Below, piece by piece: positions 1 through 8,337 of a stretch of DNA of 37,618 bases. The position numbers and the translations under genes were made by a program. Numbering within the stretch: the stretch's first letter is position 1; each line of letters begins with the position of its first letter. Below the pieces are notes generated by a model, which did not search any database, had not been told where the DNA came from, and saw nothing but the letters and a program-made list of their open reading frames with translations. Location: contig CAZQKO010000002.1 of NCBI GenBank assembly GCA_964593945.1, positions 1-37,618 on the forward strand, given 5' to 3'. The stretch is from an uncultured Pirellulales bacterium (GTDB taxonomy: Bacteria > Planctomycetota > Phycisphaerae > Sedimentisphaerales > Anaerobacaceae).

Positions 1-3000
1 TCGTAAGCTCAATGTACTCCTCGTTAGGTTCAGAGCTTGGATGGTACATAATCTCGGAGATACGCAGGTTCTCTGCTACCGGGCCGACTGCAAAGGTAGC
101 TTCATTAAGTGCGCTCCAGGTGCTTCCATCCGGTACTCTCGATTTGACGTGTGTGCTCTTGGTCAGCGTGACAGGATCGGTATACTCTATGGCTGTTGGA
201 GAAATGTCGGCCGAATTTGCCGGAGTAGTGCTCTGTCCAGATAGCAACTCAAAGGAGATAAGGAAATCTGAACTGGTAATCGTGGCATTAAGACCCTGGA
301 TGGCAAGTATATTACCGCCCTGGCGTAGAGAACTAATATAATTCGATATATCGAAGCTTTCGAAGTTAACAGCAAGGGAGTCACTGTGTGTACTACTGGC
401 TTGTGAGTTCCACATAGATGTTCCGGTGAATAGTGCTCGCTGGACTTCGTCACCGTTGATATATGCAATAAAACCATCATCATATCGGATATTGAGAATC
501 AGGCTATTCATTGCAGCCAGTTGGGTATTGGATAAGGTGAAGGGAACTCGTATGTAACAAGTACCATTATTGTTGTACATGTGCTGCTGGACATCAATAT
601 TAAAGTAGTCCTGGTAGCCGGAGCTTCTTTCATAGCCGACTCCGCCGGTACCGCTTAACCAGCTTGAATCATCGAACGCCTGGCTGCCTTTCCACGCATC
701 GCTAATAGCAGCAGTAGGAACAAGCACCCGCTTGGAAGCACCTTCAGGTACGAGTGTGCTGGTGCTAACAGTCCCGCCTCCACTGCCGGGTACTCTCGGA
801 TCAGAACCATCAACAGTGTACCATACTGTGCCTCTGGGTTTGGTCATTGAGAGTTGACTGCTTGAAGAAACAGAGCCACCATGCTGATATGAGCCGTTGA
901 TATTAAAGACCGGCGCTTCCACATTGGGATAAAGTCCGGCTTTTATGAGCCAATTCAGAACAAACGCGGAACGAGGCCAAATAAACCGGAAGAGGATATT
1001 TTCCTGGATTACCAGCCAATCTGCCCGTGTGCCCGGCGTGGAAGACCGTGTGTCACCCCATCGGGCCGACTCACCAACAATTGCACGGTCGATTTGTGCC
1101 ATCCGCGCGCGGTGCATATCAGCAGTGTTGGGATATGTCAGCACACCGCCGTTAAAAAAGAATTTGTGCACAAGGTCAGCAAAGTACATTCGATACTCCG
1201 CATTTGCTTTGAGCTTATCATGAAGGTCGGAGACACTTTGGCCGAGGACATTCTGCGAATCCCAGTATTCAATTGAGTGTTCTGCATCCCAGGTATGAAA
1301 TCTCCACCGGCCGTCGGGTGAGTTACGATGTGTCGCATACCAATTCTTATTGGGCCAATCCCAATTCACCGCGAACCAATGCGCCAAGAGATCCGTGATG
1401 AAGTTGTCTATATCCAATTTCTGGCAGAGAGCATCATATTTAGCCTGGTTGCCGGGATCGGCTGCCACGGCGTTAGCCGCATTGAGCATGGTATTGAAGT
1501 TGGTGGTTGCACTACCGCCGACGCCGTCGTTGACGACTAAGTTTGTTCTATGCTTTAGTACATCGTACTCTTCTTTTTCGCCGCCGAACATCTGTGCAGC
1601 CCATGAATGGTCGGGCCGCTCGTGGATGTAATACATACCCCAGTATAAACCATTGATGTAAAGGTGGGCGTAAAGCCCATGCGGTGATTGACCGCCCATC
1701 ACATTATGAAGGTCGGAGACGTACTGGTCTTGAATATACGTTGGCCAAAAATGCTGACCGCTGTGGTTCCAGGCATTGCTTAATACAGCGTCTAACACAA
1801 TAGTATCAAATTGCTCGATCGGCGAGTCGGGAAAGACGCGATAATTCAACTGTGAAGGGCCGCCGGTGGGCTTGCCGTCATCAGTAGTAGTCTTGAACCT
1901 TGGGCGCATCGAGAGTTTGAACACCTTCCATCTGTTCAGGCTCGTACCACCACCGCTGATACCACCCTGCATAGCCATTGCACAATTGACCTGGAATCCC
2001 TCTCCATTGGGATCGATCCACTCTAATGAGCATACACGCTCGGTCCCATCCTGGGATTCATTGATGTATATCCCAGTGGGACCGAACCAATTATCCCTAT
2101 CCATTACCAAAGAAATAGTTGGAACTGATTTAAGGTCATTTTTAATCGTCCCGGCGTACAGACCTTCAAATTTATCCTCGCCGTTCTGGCCGACCACATC
2201 GGGGTCCACCTGATAATCGCCGGTGACCGAACCCCACGAAGCAGGATAACCGGGTGGAATTGTCTGATGCCCGTTGACGGGATCGGTGGCTTGTCGACAC
2301 ACATCGTCTAAGAATATATAAGTGCAAGTGTATATGTTTGTTGGCTTCCAGCCCGTTTTATACGCCACCGCTCGAAGACACGTAGTCGTGCTAATGTAAA
2401 TGGGATTTCGGTAAATCATGCCAGTCGGTATACCATGATCAAAACTATATGGCTCACTGCCGTCAAGTGTATAGAATATCGTGGCACCTTCGGTTTCGGT
2501 AGTAATCGTGACAGAAAACGGCGCATCATAAAAACCTCTTCTTTGATTAAATTCCGGCTCAGCTACAGTATCTATGTACCCGCTATTATTTTCAGCACCG
2601 GGCGTAGGTGTCTCGAAGAAACGCAGAACATCATTGGCATCTGGATAACGACCGTAAGAAATGTCGGCGGTCTGCTGGCCAAAGGTAATGCTATCTATCA
2701 AAGAGCTGCCATCGGTACCTGTGGCAGTCCTAGGGACTCCTAACGGAGAGCTATCGAACAGGCCAATCTCTTCACCGCCGGCGCTGAGCTGGAAGCTTGC
2801 GTGCATACCGGCATCGTCTGTATCATTATCAACCCATACCAACAGATATCCATGTGCCGGAATAACGGTTGCGGTGGGATTATTCGTCGGAAATCGCCAT
2901 TTAGCGGGTTCAGATAAATCATCCGTGAGGTACATACTGCCTACATCAACAGCCGTATTACCAAAGTTATAAATCTCAATCCAGTCGTCGTACTGGAGTT

Positions 3001-3172
3001 GTGGGTCCTGTATAGTGCTGTTATTGGAGGCCATTATTTCGTTAATTACCAAAGGCTTATCGTCAGCCGATCCTTCGACCCCGCTCAGGACAGGTAATGC
3101 AAAACCAGCAAAATCAGCTAAAGATACCGCTGTTATCAGGCAAATCGTTGAGATTCTTAAAGATAGGAGCAT
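1..3172 (-). CDS. Secreted CotH-family protein with lamin-tail (LTD) domains; 3' end lies outside the window (partial, about 1057 codons visible)
   Basis: Not in the ORF track because it has no stop inside the window. The reverse complement from ATG at 3172 reads MLLSLRISTICLITAVSLADFAGFALPVLSG (signal-like). It continues LVINEIMASNN..DDWIEIYNFGNTAVDVGSMYLTDD (LTD-type motif) and then GATIFYTLDGSEPYS (chitobiase/hexosaminidase C-terminal-like module). Around 1300-1620 it reads ERPDHSWAAQMFGG and HWFAVNWDWPNKNWYATHRN (CotH-like). The last visible codons, EPNEEYIELT, look like a second LTD. Hand-checked stretches have no in-frame stop, and no other frame carries a long ORF here. Confidence 0.75.
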   Translation of the reverse strand, partial: MLLSLRISTICLITAVSLADFAGFALPVLSGVEGSADDKPLVINEIMASNNSTIQDPQLQYDDWIEIYNFGNTAVDVGSMYLTDDLSEPAKWRFPTNNPTATVIPAHGYLLVWVDNDTDDAGMHASFQLSAGGEEIGLFDSSPLGVPRTATGTDGSSLIDSITFGQQTADISYGRYPDANDVLRFFETPTPGAENNSGYIDTVAEPEFNQRRGFYDAPFSVTITTETEGATIFYTLDGSEPYSFDHGIPTGMIYRNPIYISTTTCLRAVAYKTGWKPTNIYTCTYIFLDDVCRQATDPVNGHQTIPPGYPASWGSVTGDYQVDPDVVGQNGEDKFEGLYAGTIKNDLKSVPTISLVMDRDNWFGPTGIYINESQDGTERVCSLEWIDPNGEGFQVNCAMAMQGGISGGGTSLNRWKVFKLSMRPRFKTTTDDGKPTGGPSQLNYRVFPDSPIEQFDTIVLDAVLSNAWNHSGQHFWPTYIQDQYVSDLHNVMGGQSPHGLYAHLYINGLYWGMYYIHERPDHSWAAQMFGGEKEEYDVLKHRTNLVVNDGVGGSATTNFNTMLNAANAVAADPGNQAKYDALCQKLDIDNFITDLLAHWFAVNWDWPNKNWYATHRNSPDGRWRFHTWDAEHSIEYWDSQNVLGQSVSDLHDKLKANAEYRMYFADLVHKFFFNGGVLTYPNTADMHRARMAQIDRAIVGESARWGDTRSSTPGTRADWLVIQENILFRFIWPRSAFVLNWLIKAGLYPNVEAPVFNINGSYQHGGSVSSSSQLSMTKPRGTVWYTVDGSDPRVPGSGGGTVSTSTLVPEGASKRVLVPTAAISDAWKGSQAFDDSSWLSGTGGVGYERSSGYQDYFNIDVQQHMYNNNGTCYIRVPFTLSNTQLAAMNSLILNIRYDDGFIAYINGDEVQRALFTGTSMWNSQASSTHSDSLAVNFESFDISNYISSLRQGGNILAIQGLNATITSSDFLISFELLSGQSTTPANSADISPTAIEYTDPVTLTKSTHVKSRVPDGSTWSALNEATFAVGPVAENLRISEIMYHPSSEPNEEYIELT

Positions 3173-3213
3173 CTTATTTTCTGTTTCCCATTGTTATTTA
3201 AGATTAATAAACA

Positions 3214-3247
3214 TGCCTTCGCCGAAGCGGCTACGTGCAGGCAGGTC
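3214..3247. repeat. GC-rich palindromic repeat, copy 1 (tgccttcgccgaagcggctacgtgcaggcaggtc)
   Basis: This 34-nt copy differs at one position from the copy at 3303-3336. It contains the nested hairpin GCCG-AAG-CGGC. Confidence 0.8.
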
Positions 3248-3302
3248 TGTGTATGTTATCTCCGTACCTGTGGCAGAGCTAGAGGATACGCCCATGCAGG
3301 CC

Positions 3303-3336
3303 TGCCTTCGCCGAAGCGGCTACGCGCAGGCAGGTC
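3303..3336. repeat. GC-rich palindromic repeat, copy 2 (tgccttcgccgaagcggctacgcgcaggcaggtc)
   Basis: Direct repeat of 3214-3247 (33/34 identical). Here the outer stem CCTGCCT/AGGCAGG is complete. Confidence 0.8.
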
Positions 3337-3584
3337 GTAGTCTAAAACAGCAAGATTAAAAAATTCTACTTTAATTCTAACATATTTACGGGGTCTGAGT
3401 CAAATTGTTCTTTCCTCACGATGGCCCTATCGATCACAGCAGTTCTAAGGACTCTACCGTCAGGCATCCCTTACGGGACTTACGGAGGACACAAAACATT
3501 TGCACTCTGAAAACATAACCGCTATCTTTAGGAAAATAACAAATCCTTTTGTTCAACAAGAAATTTTGCCAGGAGAAAGGTCCA

Positions 3585-5426
3585 ATGAGCATTCAAAAAA
3601 TCAAAATCACAGTTATAGGTATTATTTTTCTGTTTTTGTCGGCAAACTGGCCGGCATTTGCTGCAGAAACACCTGTGGTGAGCCTGCCGAATCCAAATGA
3701 TCTTGGTCCTGAAAGGGAGCCAATAAAACAGCAAACCGAGAAACCTGCCATCAGTGGCAGTATGGTGACGATCAACGTCGATGCAAGCGCACCTGGTAAG
3801 CCGCTGCGGCATGTCTGGCAATACTTTGGATATGATGAGTGTAATTGCACAACTACACCCGGCGCGAAAGAGTTGATGAAAACACTGGCAAATATAAATC
3901 CCGAACCGGTCTATCTGCGTCAGCACTTTCTTCTTACAAACGGCGATGGCAGACCGGAACTGAAGTGGGGGTCCACCAACGTTTACACCGAGGATTCTGC
4001 CGGTAATCCTATCTATGATTGGGGGATTATGGATGAGATTTTCGATGCCATACTGGCTTCCGGCTGCCGGCCTTTAGTAGAAATCGGCTTTATGCCCAAA
4101 GATTTATCTTCGAAACCTGAACCCTACAAAGGCAAGGATGTGTTTTCAAGAAATAAAGCCGGGGTTTCATATCCACCCAAAGATTATGATAAGTGGGCTG
4201 AATTGATTCGTCAGTGGGCACGCCACAGTCTTGCCAGATACAAAAACGTCGAAGAAACATGGCTGTGGGAGCTGTGGAATGAGCCTAACATCTTCTATTG
4301 GCAAGGGACTTTCGAGGAGTATTGTAAGCTCTACGACTACACCGAGCATGCACTGCATGAAATTCTTCCGAAGGCGATTTTAGGTGGGCCACACACAGCA
4401 GGCGCTCCTTCATTTCTCCGCCGGTTTTTAAAACACTGTTTACGTGGCACAAACGCCATCACTGGCAAGCCTGGCACCCGTTTAGACTACATAGGATTTC
4501 ATTCCAAAGGGCAGACCAAGATGGTTGGTTTACATCCACAGATGAATTTGGGAATGAACCTTTCCGTGCTCCAACGGGGTTTTTCGATAATCGCCGGCTT
4601 TCCTGAGTTTCGCAATACACCCATAATTATAGGAGAATGCGATCCGGAGGGTCTGGCGGCACTATCGGCACGAGTTGAGCCGGCCAACAGCTACCGCAAT
4701 AGTTCCGCTTACGCTGCATACGAAATTGCACTGATGAAGCATACATTGGACCTTGCAGCTCAGCACCAAATAAATCTCCAGGGAATACTTACCTGGGCAT
4801 TTATGTTCGATGGAAATGAGTATTTTGAGGGATTCCGAAGCTTAGCAACAAATGGCGTCCATAAGCCGGTGCTGAACGGATTTAGGATGCTGGGAATGCT
4901 CCGGGGCAGACGTATCCCTGTTACAAGCAGTGGCGCTCTCGGCCTGGCTAATATTGTTAGCAGAAGCGTTAGAGCACGTCCGGATATCGATGGATTAGCG
5001 GCAGCAACCGATGAGAGAGTGCAAGTTCTTATCTGGAATTACCACGACGATATGATAAACGTGGCACCATCTTCAATACAATTAACTGTAAAAGCCCCGC
5101 CTGCCCAGAGTGTCCTCCAAAAGTCCATTTTACCATCGGACGAAGTACGGCGGGCAGGTCCTCAGAATGCTCCTCGACGTGCCCGCATCGTCCACTATCG
5201 AATCGACGATACTCACAGCAACAGCTATACACGTTGGATTGAATTAGGCAAACCTCAGAATCCTTCGCCTGAAATGATAGCCGATCTTAACACAGCGGCC
5301 CAGGTCCAGCTTCTTGAGCCTATCCGCTTTTGTGATGTTAGCAACGACCAGGTCCAATTGAACTTCAGTTTGCCACGATACGGAGTATCGTTGGTCGAAA
5401 TCTACTGGGGACCGAAGCCTGAATAA
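3585..5426 (+). CDS. Secreted glycoside hydrolase, clan GH-A, GH39-like (beta-xylosidase/iduronidase type)
   Basis: Contains WELWNEPN (NEP acid/base block) and IIIGECD. Has the signal peptide MSIQKIKITVIGIIFLFLSANWPAFA. The SD caGGAGaaagg lies just upstream of ATG 3585, so I moved the start from the track's 3549. Confidence 0.65.
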   Translation: MSIQKIKITVIGIIFLFLSANWPAFAAETPVVSLPNPNDLGPEREPIKQQTEKPAISGSMVTINVDASAPGKPLRHVWQYFGYDECNCTTTPGAKELMKTLANINPEPVYLRQHFLLTNGDGRPELKWGSTNVYTEDSAGNPIYDWGIMDEIFDAILASGCRPLVEIGFMPKDLSSKPEPYKGKDVFSRNKAGVSYPPKDYDKWAELIRQWARHSLARYKNVEETWLWELWNEPNIFYWQGTFEEYCKLYDYTEHALHEILPKAILGGPHTAGAPSFLRRFLKHCLRGTNAITGKPGTRLDYIGFHSKGQTKMVGLHPQMNLGMNLSVLQRGFSIIAGFPEFRNTPIIIGECDPEGLAALSARVEPANSYRNSSAYAAYEIALMKHTLDLAAQHQINLQGILTWAFMFDGNEYFEGFRSLATNGVHKPVLNGFRMLGMLRGRRIPVTSSGALGLANIVSRSVRARPDIDGLAAATDERVQVLIWNYHDDMINVAPSSIQLTVKAPPAQSVLQKSILPSDEVRRAGPQNAPRRARIVHYRIDDTHSNSYTRWIELGKPQNPSPEMIADLNTAAQVQLLEPIRFCDVSNDQVQLNFSLPRYGVSLVEIYWGPKPE

Positions 5427-5493
5427 ATTTTATCCGCAACAATCTACGGGTGCATGTCATCTTTGTAGGTAAAAAGATTTCTTTTGGAATAAG

Positions 5494-5628
5494 CCATCCC
5501 CAATCCCGATTCATCGGGATTGAGGCTGCCACTCGCCACCGTAAATGAGCAACGGAAGATATAGATAACGACGCGTGGCAGCCTCAAGCCAGCCCTGAGA
5601 GGCATCGAAGGGCGCAGCTTGGGGATGG
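5494..5628. repeat. 135-nt nested inverted-repeat element (multi-branch fold; MITE-like or structured RNA)
   Basis: The outer stem is a perfect 10 bp: ccatccccaa (5494-5503) with ttggggatgg (5619-5628). Hairpin aatcccgat-tc-atcgggatt spans 5502-5521. A perfect 13-bp stem pairs ttgaggctgccac (5520-5532) with gtggcagcctcaa (5575-5587). Module ccctgagaggcatcgaaggg spans 5593-5612. Confidence 0.6.
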
Positions 5629-5657
5629 ATGTGTGTTTATTGAAAAATTGGTGTTAA

Positions 5658-5937
5658 AGGCCCAAAAATTTACCTGCAAACTCGACACGCATCCTGGATG
5701 CAACACGGTATTTTTTAGAGTTTACACAGAATCAATCCTGTGGTAAATGTACTTTCTGCAGAATAGGAACCCGCCGAATGCTGGATATTTTAGAACGGTT
5801 GTGCACAGCACTGCCCGGTTGATGCAATCGAGATGAAGCCGTACGAAAAGCATGAGATAGATGTTAATAAGTGTATTCACTGTGAGACATGCAAAAGTGT
5901 ATGTCCTGCCGATGCTATAAAAGTTCAGTCTGTCTAA
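5658..5937 (+). pseudogene. Remnant of a NuoF/HydB-type NADH-binding flavoprotein gene (N3-cluster segment joined out of frame to the C-terminal 2x[4Fe-4S] ferredoxin tail)
   Basis: Frame A (5658-5822) reads RPKNLPANSTRILDATRYFLEFTQNQSCGKCTFCRIGTRRMLDILERLCTALPG*. This matches the conserved ..YF..F...ESCGKC.PCR.GT.RM..IL.RI block of NuoF/HydB. Frame B (5794-5937) reads NGCAQHCPVDAIEMKPYEKHEIDVNKCIHCETCKSVCPADAIKVQSV*, with CxxCxxCxxxCP ferredoxin motifs. There is no start codon, and the roughly 400-aa N-terminal part and the middle part are missing. Confidence 0.6.
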
Positions 5938-5947
5938 AGGAAGCCGG

Positions 5948-7546
5948 ATGCCCAAGCTAACGATAGACAATCGTGAAGTAGAAGTAGCCGATGGCTCTAC
6001 GATCCTTGATGCCGCCGAAAAGCTGGGAATCGAGATTCCCACTATGTGCTTTCTAAAGGGCTATAAGCCTTCAACAAGCTGTATGGTTTGCGTTGTCAAG
6101 GTCATCGGCTCAGAATATCTTGTGCCTGCATGTGGAGCTATTGCCGAAGATGGTATGCAGGTTGAGAGCGATACCGAGGAAGTCCGTCAGGCAAGAAAGG
6201 CAGCGTTGGAACTTCTATTGAGCGACCATGTCGGTGACTGTATGGGACCATGTCAGGTGACTTGTCCTGCTAATATGAATATTCCGTTGATGATTCGTCA
6301 AATCTCAGCAGGCCAGCTTCGTGACGCTATAGCCACTGTGAAAAAAGATATTGCGCTACCTGCTGTATTGGGTCGGATTTGTCCTGCTCCCTGCGAACGA
6401 GCTTGCAGGCGAGCCGTATATGATGAGGCAGTTTCGATTTGTCTTTTGAAACGGTATGTTGCTGACGTCGATTTAAATTCGACAAAGCCATATTTGCCTG
6501 CTTGCGAACCTGATAGAGACAAACATGTAGCTATTATTGGGGCGGGGCCTGCCGGCTTAGCTGCCGGCTATTATTTACGACAACAGGGCTTTGAGTGTAC
6601 GATTTTTGATGAGCATGAAGAACCTGGCGGAATGTTGCGATACGCTGTATCTGAACAAGACCTTCCGAGGAACGTACTTGACAAGGAGATTGCTGTAATT
6701 TTTAAGATGGGTGTTAATTTCAAGGGACAAACACACATAGGTAAAGCACTATCAATGGAGAACTTACGCAAAGATTTCGACGCTGTGTTTGTTGCATTCG
6801 GGCAGATAAAAACAGGTAATGATCGGCCTCTTGGTCTTGAGGAAAGTTCAGGTCTGGTCGCAGTAAATTTCAGGACATACGAGACAAATCTAAAAGGTGT
6901 CTTTGCCGGTGGAGACGCGGTTCGCAGGCGAAAGCTTACGGTTCGAGCGGTGGCAGACGGCAAGGAGGCTGCTGTATCAATCGCGCAGTATTTGTCCGGT
7001 CAAAAAGTAACTGGAGCTACCAAGCCGTTTAATACCCATATCGGCAAGCTTAAAGAAGGAGAGATAGAAAAGTTTATGACCTGCGCCAGCAAGGCCGCAC
7101 GAGTGACGCCGTCGCAAAAGGATGGTGGATTCACAGATGTACAGGCTCGCGAGGAGTCGGCTCGCTGTCTGCGTTGTGATTGCCGCAAAGCCGATAACTG
7201 TAAACTGAGGCAATACTCCCAGAGTCACGGAGCCAAGACCAGCCGATATAAAGGTGAACGGCGTTCATTTGTTCAGATTTATCAACATCCGGATGTGATT
7301 TATGAACCGGGAAAGTGTATAGCCTGTGGCCTTTGTATTTCCACAGCGGAACAGGCCGGTGAGAAGCTCGGCTTAACATTCGTCGGGCGTGGCTTCGATG
7401 TGCGGGTTGCGGTACCTTTCGATCGTTCAATGACCGAGGCTCTCAAGCATGCAGCGAGCCGGTGTGTGTCGGTTTGTCCAACCGGTGCACTGGCTTTTAA
7501 GGAAGTATTAAATTCGAAATTCGAATTAACTCTTCACAATAGATGA
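5948..7546 (+). CDS. Iron-sulfur flavoprotein: N-terminal 2Fe-2S ferredoxin domain + glutamate-synthase-small-subunit (GltD)-like FAD/NAD(P) oxidoreductase + C-terminal 4Fe-4S motifs
   Basis: Opens with MPKLTIDNREVEVADGSTILDAA...CMVCVV (NuoG/HydA-type 2Fe-2S N-terminus). Contains GDCMGPCQVTCP and GRICPAPCERACRR (GltD 4Fe-4S region), the Rossmann motif IIGAGPAGLAAGYYL, and CIACGLC / CVSVCPTG. The SD AAGGAAG lies before the ATG. Confidence 0.75.
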   Translation: MPKLTIDNREVEVADGSTILDAAEKLGIEIPTMCFLKGYKPSTSCMVCVVKVIGSEYLVPACGAIAEDGMQVESDTEEVRQARKAALELLLSDHVGDCMGPCQVTCPANMNIPLMIRQISAGQLRDAIATVKKDIALPAVLGRICPAPCERACRRAVYDEAVSICLLKRYVADVDLNSTKPYLPACEPDRDKHVAIIGAGPAGLAAGYYLRQQGFECTIFDEHEEPGGMLRYAVSEQDLPRNVLDKEIAVIFKMGVNFKGQTHIGKALSMENLRKDFDAVFVAFGQIKTGNDRPLGLEESSGLVAVNFRTYETNLKGVFAGGDAVRRRKLTVRAVADGKEAAVSIAQYLSGQKVTGATKPFNTHIGKLKEGEIEKFMTCASKAARVTPSQKDGGFTDVQAREESARCLRCDCRKADNCKLRQYSQSHGAKTSRYKGERRSFVQIYQHPDVIYEPGKCIACGLCISTAEQAGEKLGLTFVGRGFDVRVAVPFDRSMTEALKHAASRCVSVCPTGALAFKEVLNSKFELTLHNR

Positions 7547-8317
7547 GTGGGTGGCATCAAACATCCTTACGCCGCCGGTATCTAACTGCAGGATTAAGCC
7601 TCTTTCAGGGTCTATTCCAATACAATTGCCGTTGAATTTTCTGCCATTGTACAAGAGTGTTATCCTGTGGCCTAATTGAACGCTTAGCTCATTCCATCGG
7701 TTGGTGACATTGCCTGGATTTTTCTCTGCTAATTCGAGCCAGCTATCTATCGAAGTCAGCAGTCTTTTTGCCAGTATAATGCGGTTGCACGTTGTCCGAG
7801 TTTCTATATCGATACTTATTGCGGTTGACTGTAGCCCAGATGGAAAAGACTCTTTCTTTTGGTGACAGTTTATCCCTATGCCAATGATGTAAATATTACT
7901 GGTATCGGACGATTTTGATTCGAGCAGGATACCGGCAACTTTCTTTCCGGCCAGTAATATATCGTTTGGCCATTTGATTCTTGCTTCGCTATTAGCCGGT
8001 CTGCCTATCGCTTCAGCGGTAGCTACGGCGCAGGTAAGTGACAGCAGCTCGGCTTTTAGTGTACTATTGATCAGAGTTATTGAGCAAAGGATGCTCTCTG
8101 AACGCCTGCTGAGCCATTTATTGCCGCCTCGGCCTCGGCCTGCGGTTTGCTCCTCTGCAAAAATAACGAGGCCGTCGTTGTTTTTATCCTTTGCATATTC
8201 GGCAGCGATGTCGTTTGTACTTGATGTGGAGTTATAAACGAGGATTTTTTTGCCTATGCGCTTAGTTTTCAGATTTATCTTTATCTTGTCCGGGTCGAGC
8301 ATGTCGGTCTGACACAT
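7526..8317 (-). CDS. birA: Biotin--[acetyl-CoA-carboxylase] ligase (group I, no N-terminal HTH)
   Basis: Contains the QTAGRGRGGNKW biotinyl-AMP loop and IKWPNDILL. Length is 263 aa. Its 3' end overlaps the convergent gene 5948-7546 by 21 nt. Confidence 0.8.
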   Translation of the reverse strand: MCQTDMLDPDKIKINLKTKRIGKKILVYNSTSSTNDIAAEYAKDKNNDGLVIFAEEQTAGRGRGGNKWLSRRSESILCSITLINSTLKAELLSLTCAVATAEAIGRPANSEARIKWPNDILLAGKKVAGILLESKSSDTSNIYIIGIGINCHQKKESFPSGLQSTAISIDIETRTTCNRIILAKRLLTSIDSWLELAEKNPGNVTNRWNELSVQLGHRITLLYNGRKFNGNCIGIDPERGLILQLDTGGVRMFDATHSSIVKS

Positions 8318-8337
8318 AGCTTTTCCTTCGACTACGC

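Noticed and set aside
3214-3336. Possible mini CRISPR array (two 34-nt repeats with a 55-nt spacer)
   Set aside because: There are only two copies. The repeats are strongly palindromic, and the same core occurs singly elsewhere (11835). No cas genes or leader are present. It fits a REP-like element better.
3015-3359. 114-aa + strand ORF from the track
   Set aside because: It is a translation of the GC-rich repeats (..PSPKRLRAGRS.. / ..RRSGYAQAGRS..) and overlaps the CotH gene's start region. It shows no gene-like features.
5593-5612. Hammerhead-ribozyme reading of CCTGAG-N6-CGAAGG (CUGA..GAA)
   Set aside because: The conserved hammerhead core (CUGANGA ... GAAA with three flanking helices) is incomplete. 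The central 6 nt do not form a conserved stem II in the three copies.
7526-7546. 21-nt overlap of the convergent 3' ends of the GltD-like gene and birA
   Set aside because: The overlap is real in the sequence, but short convergent overlaps are common in compact genomes. I see no sign of regulatory significance.
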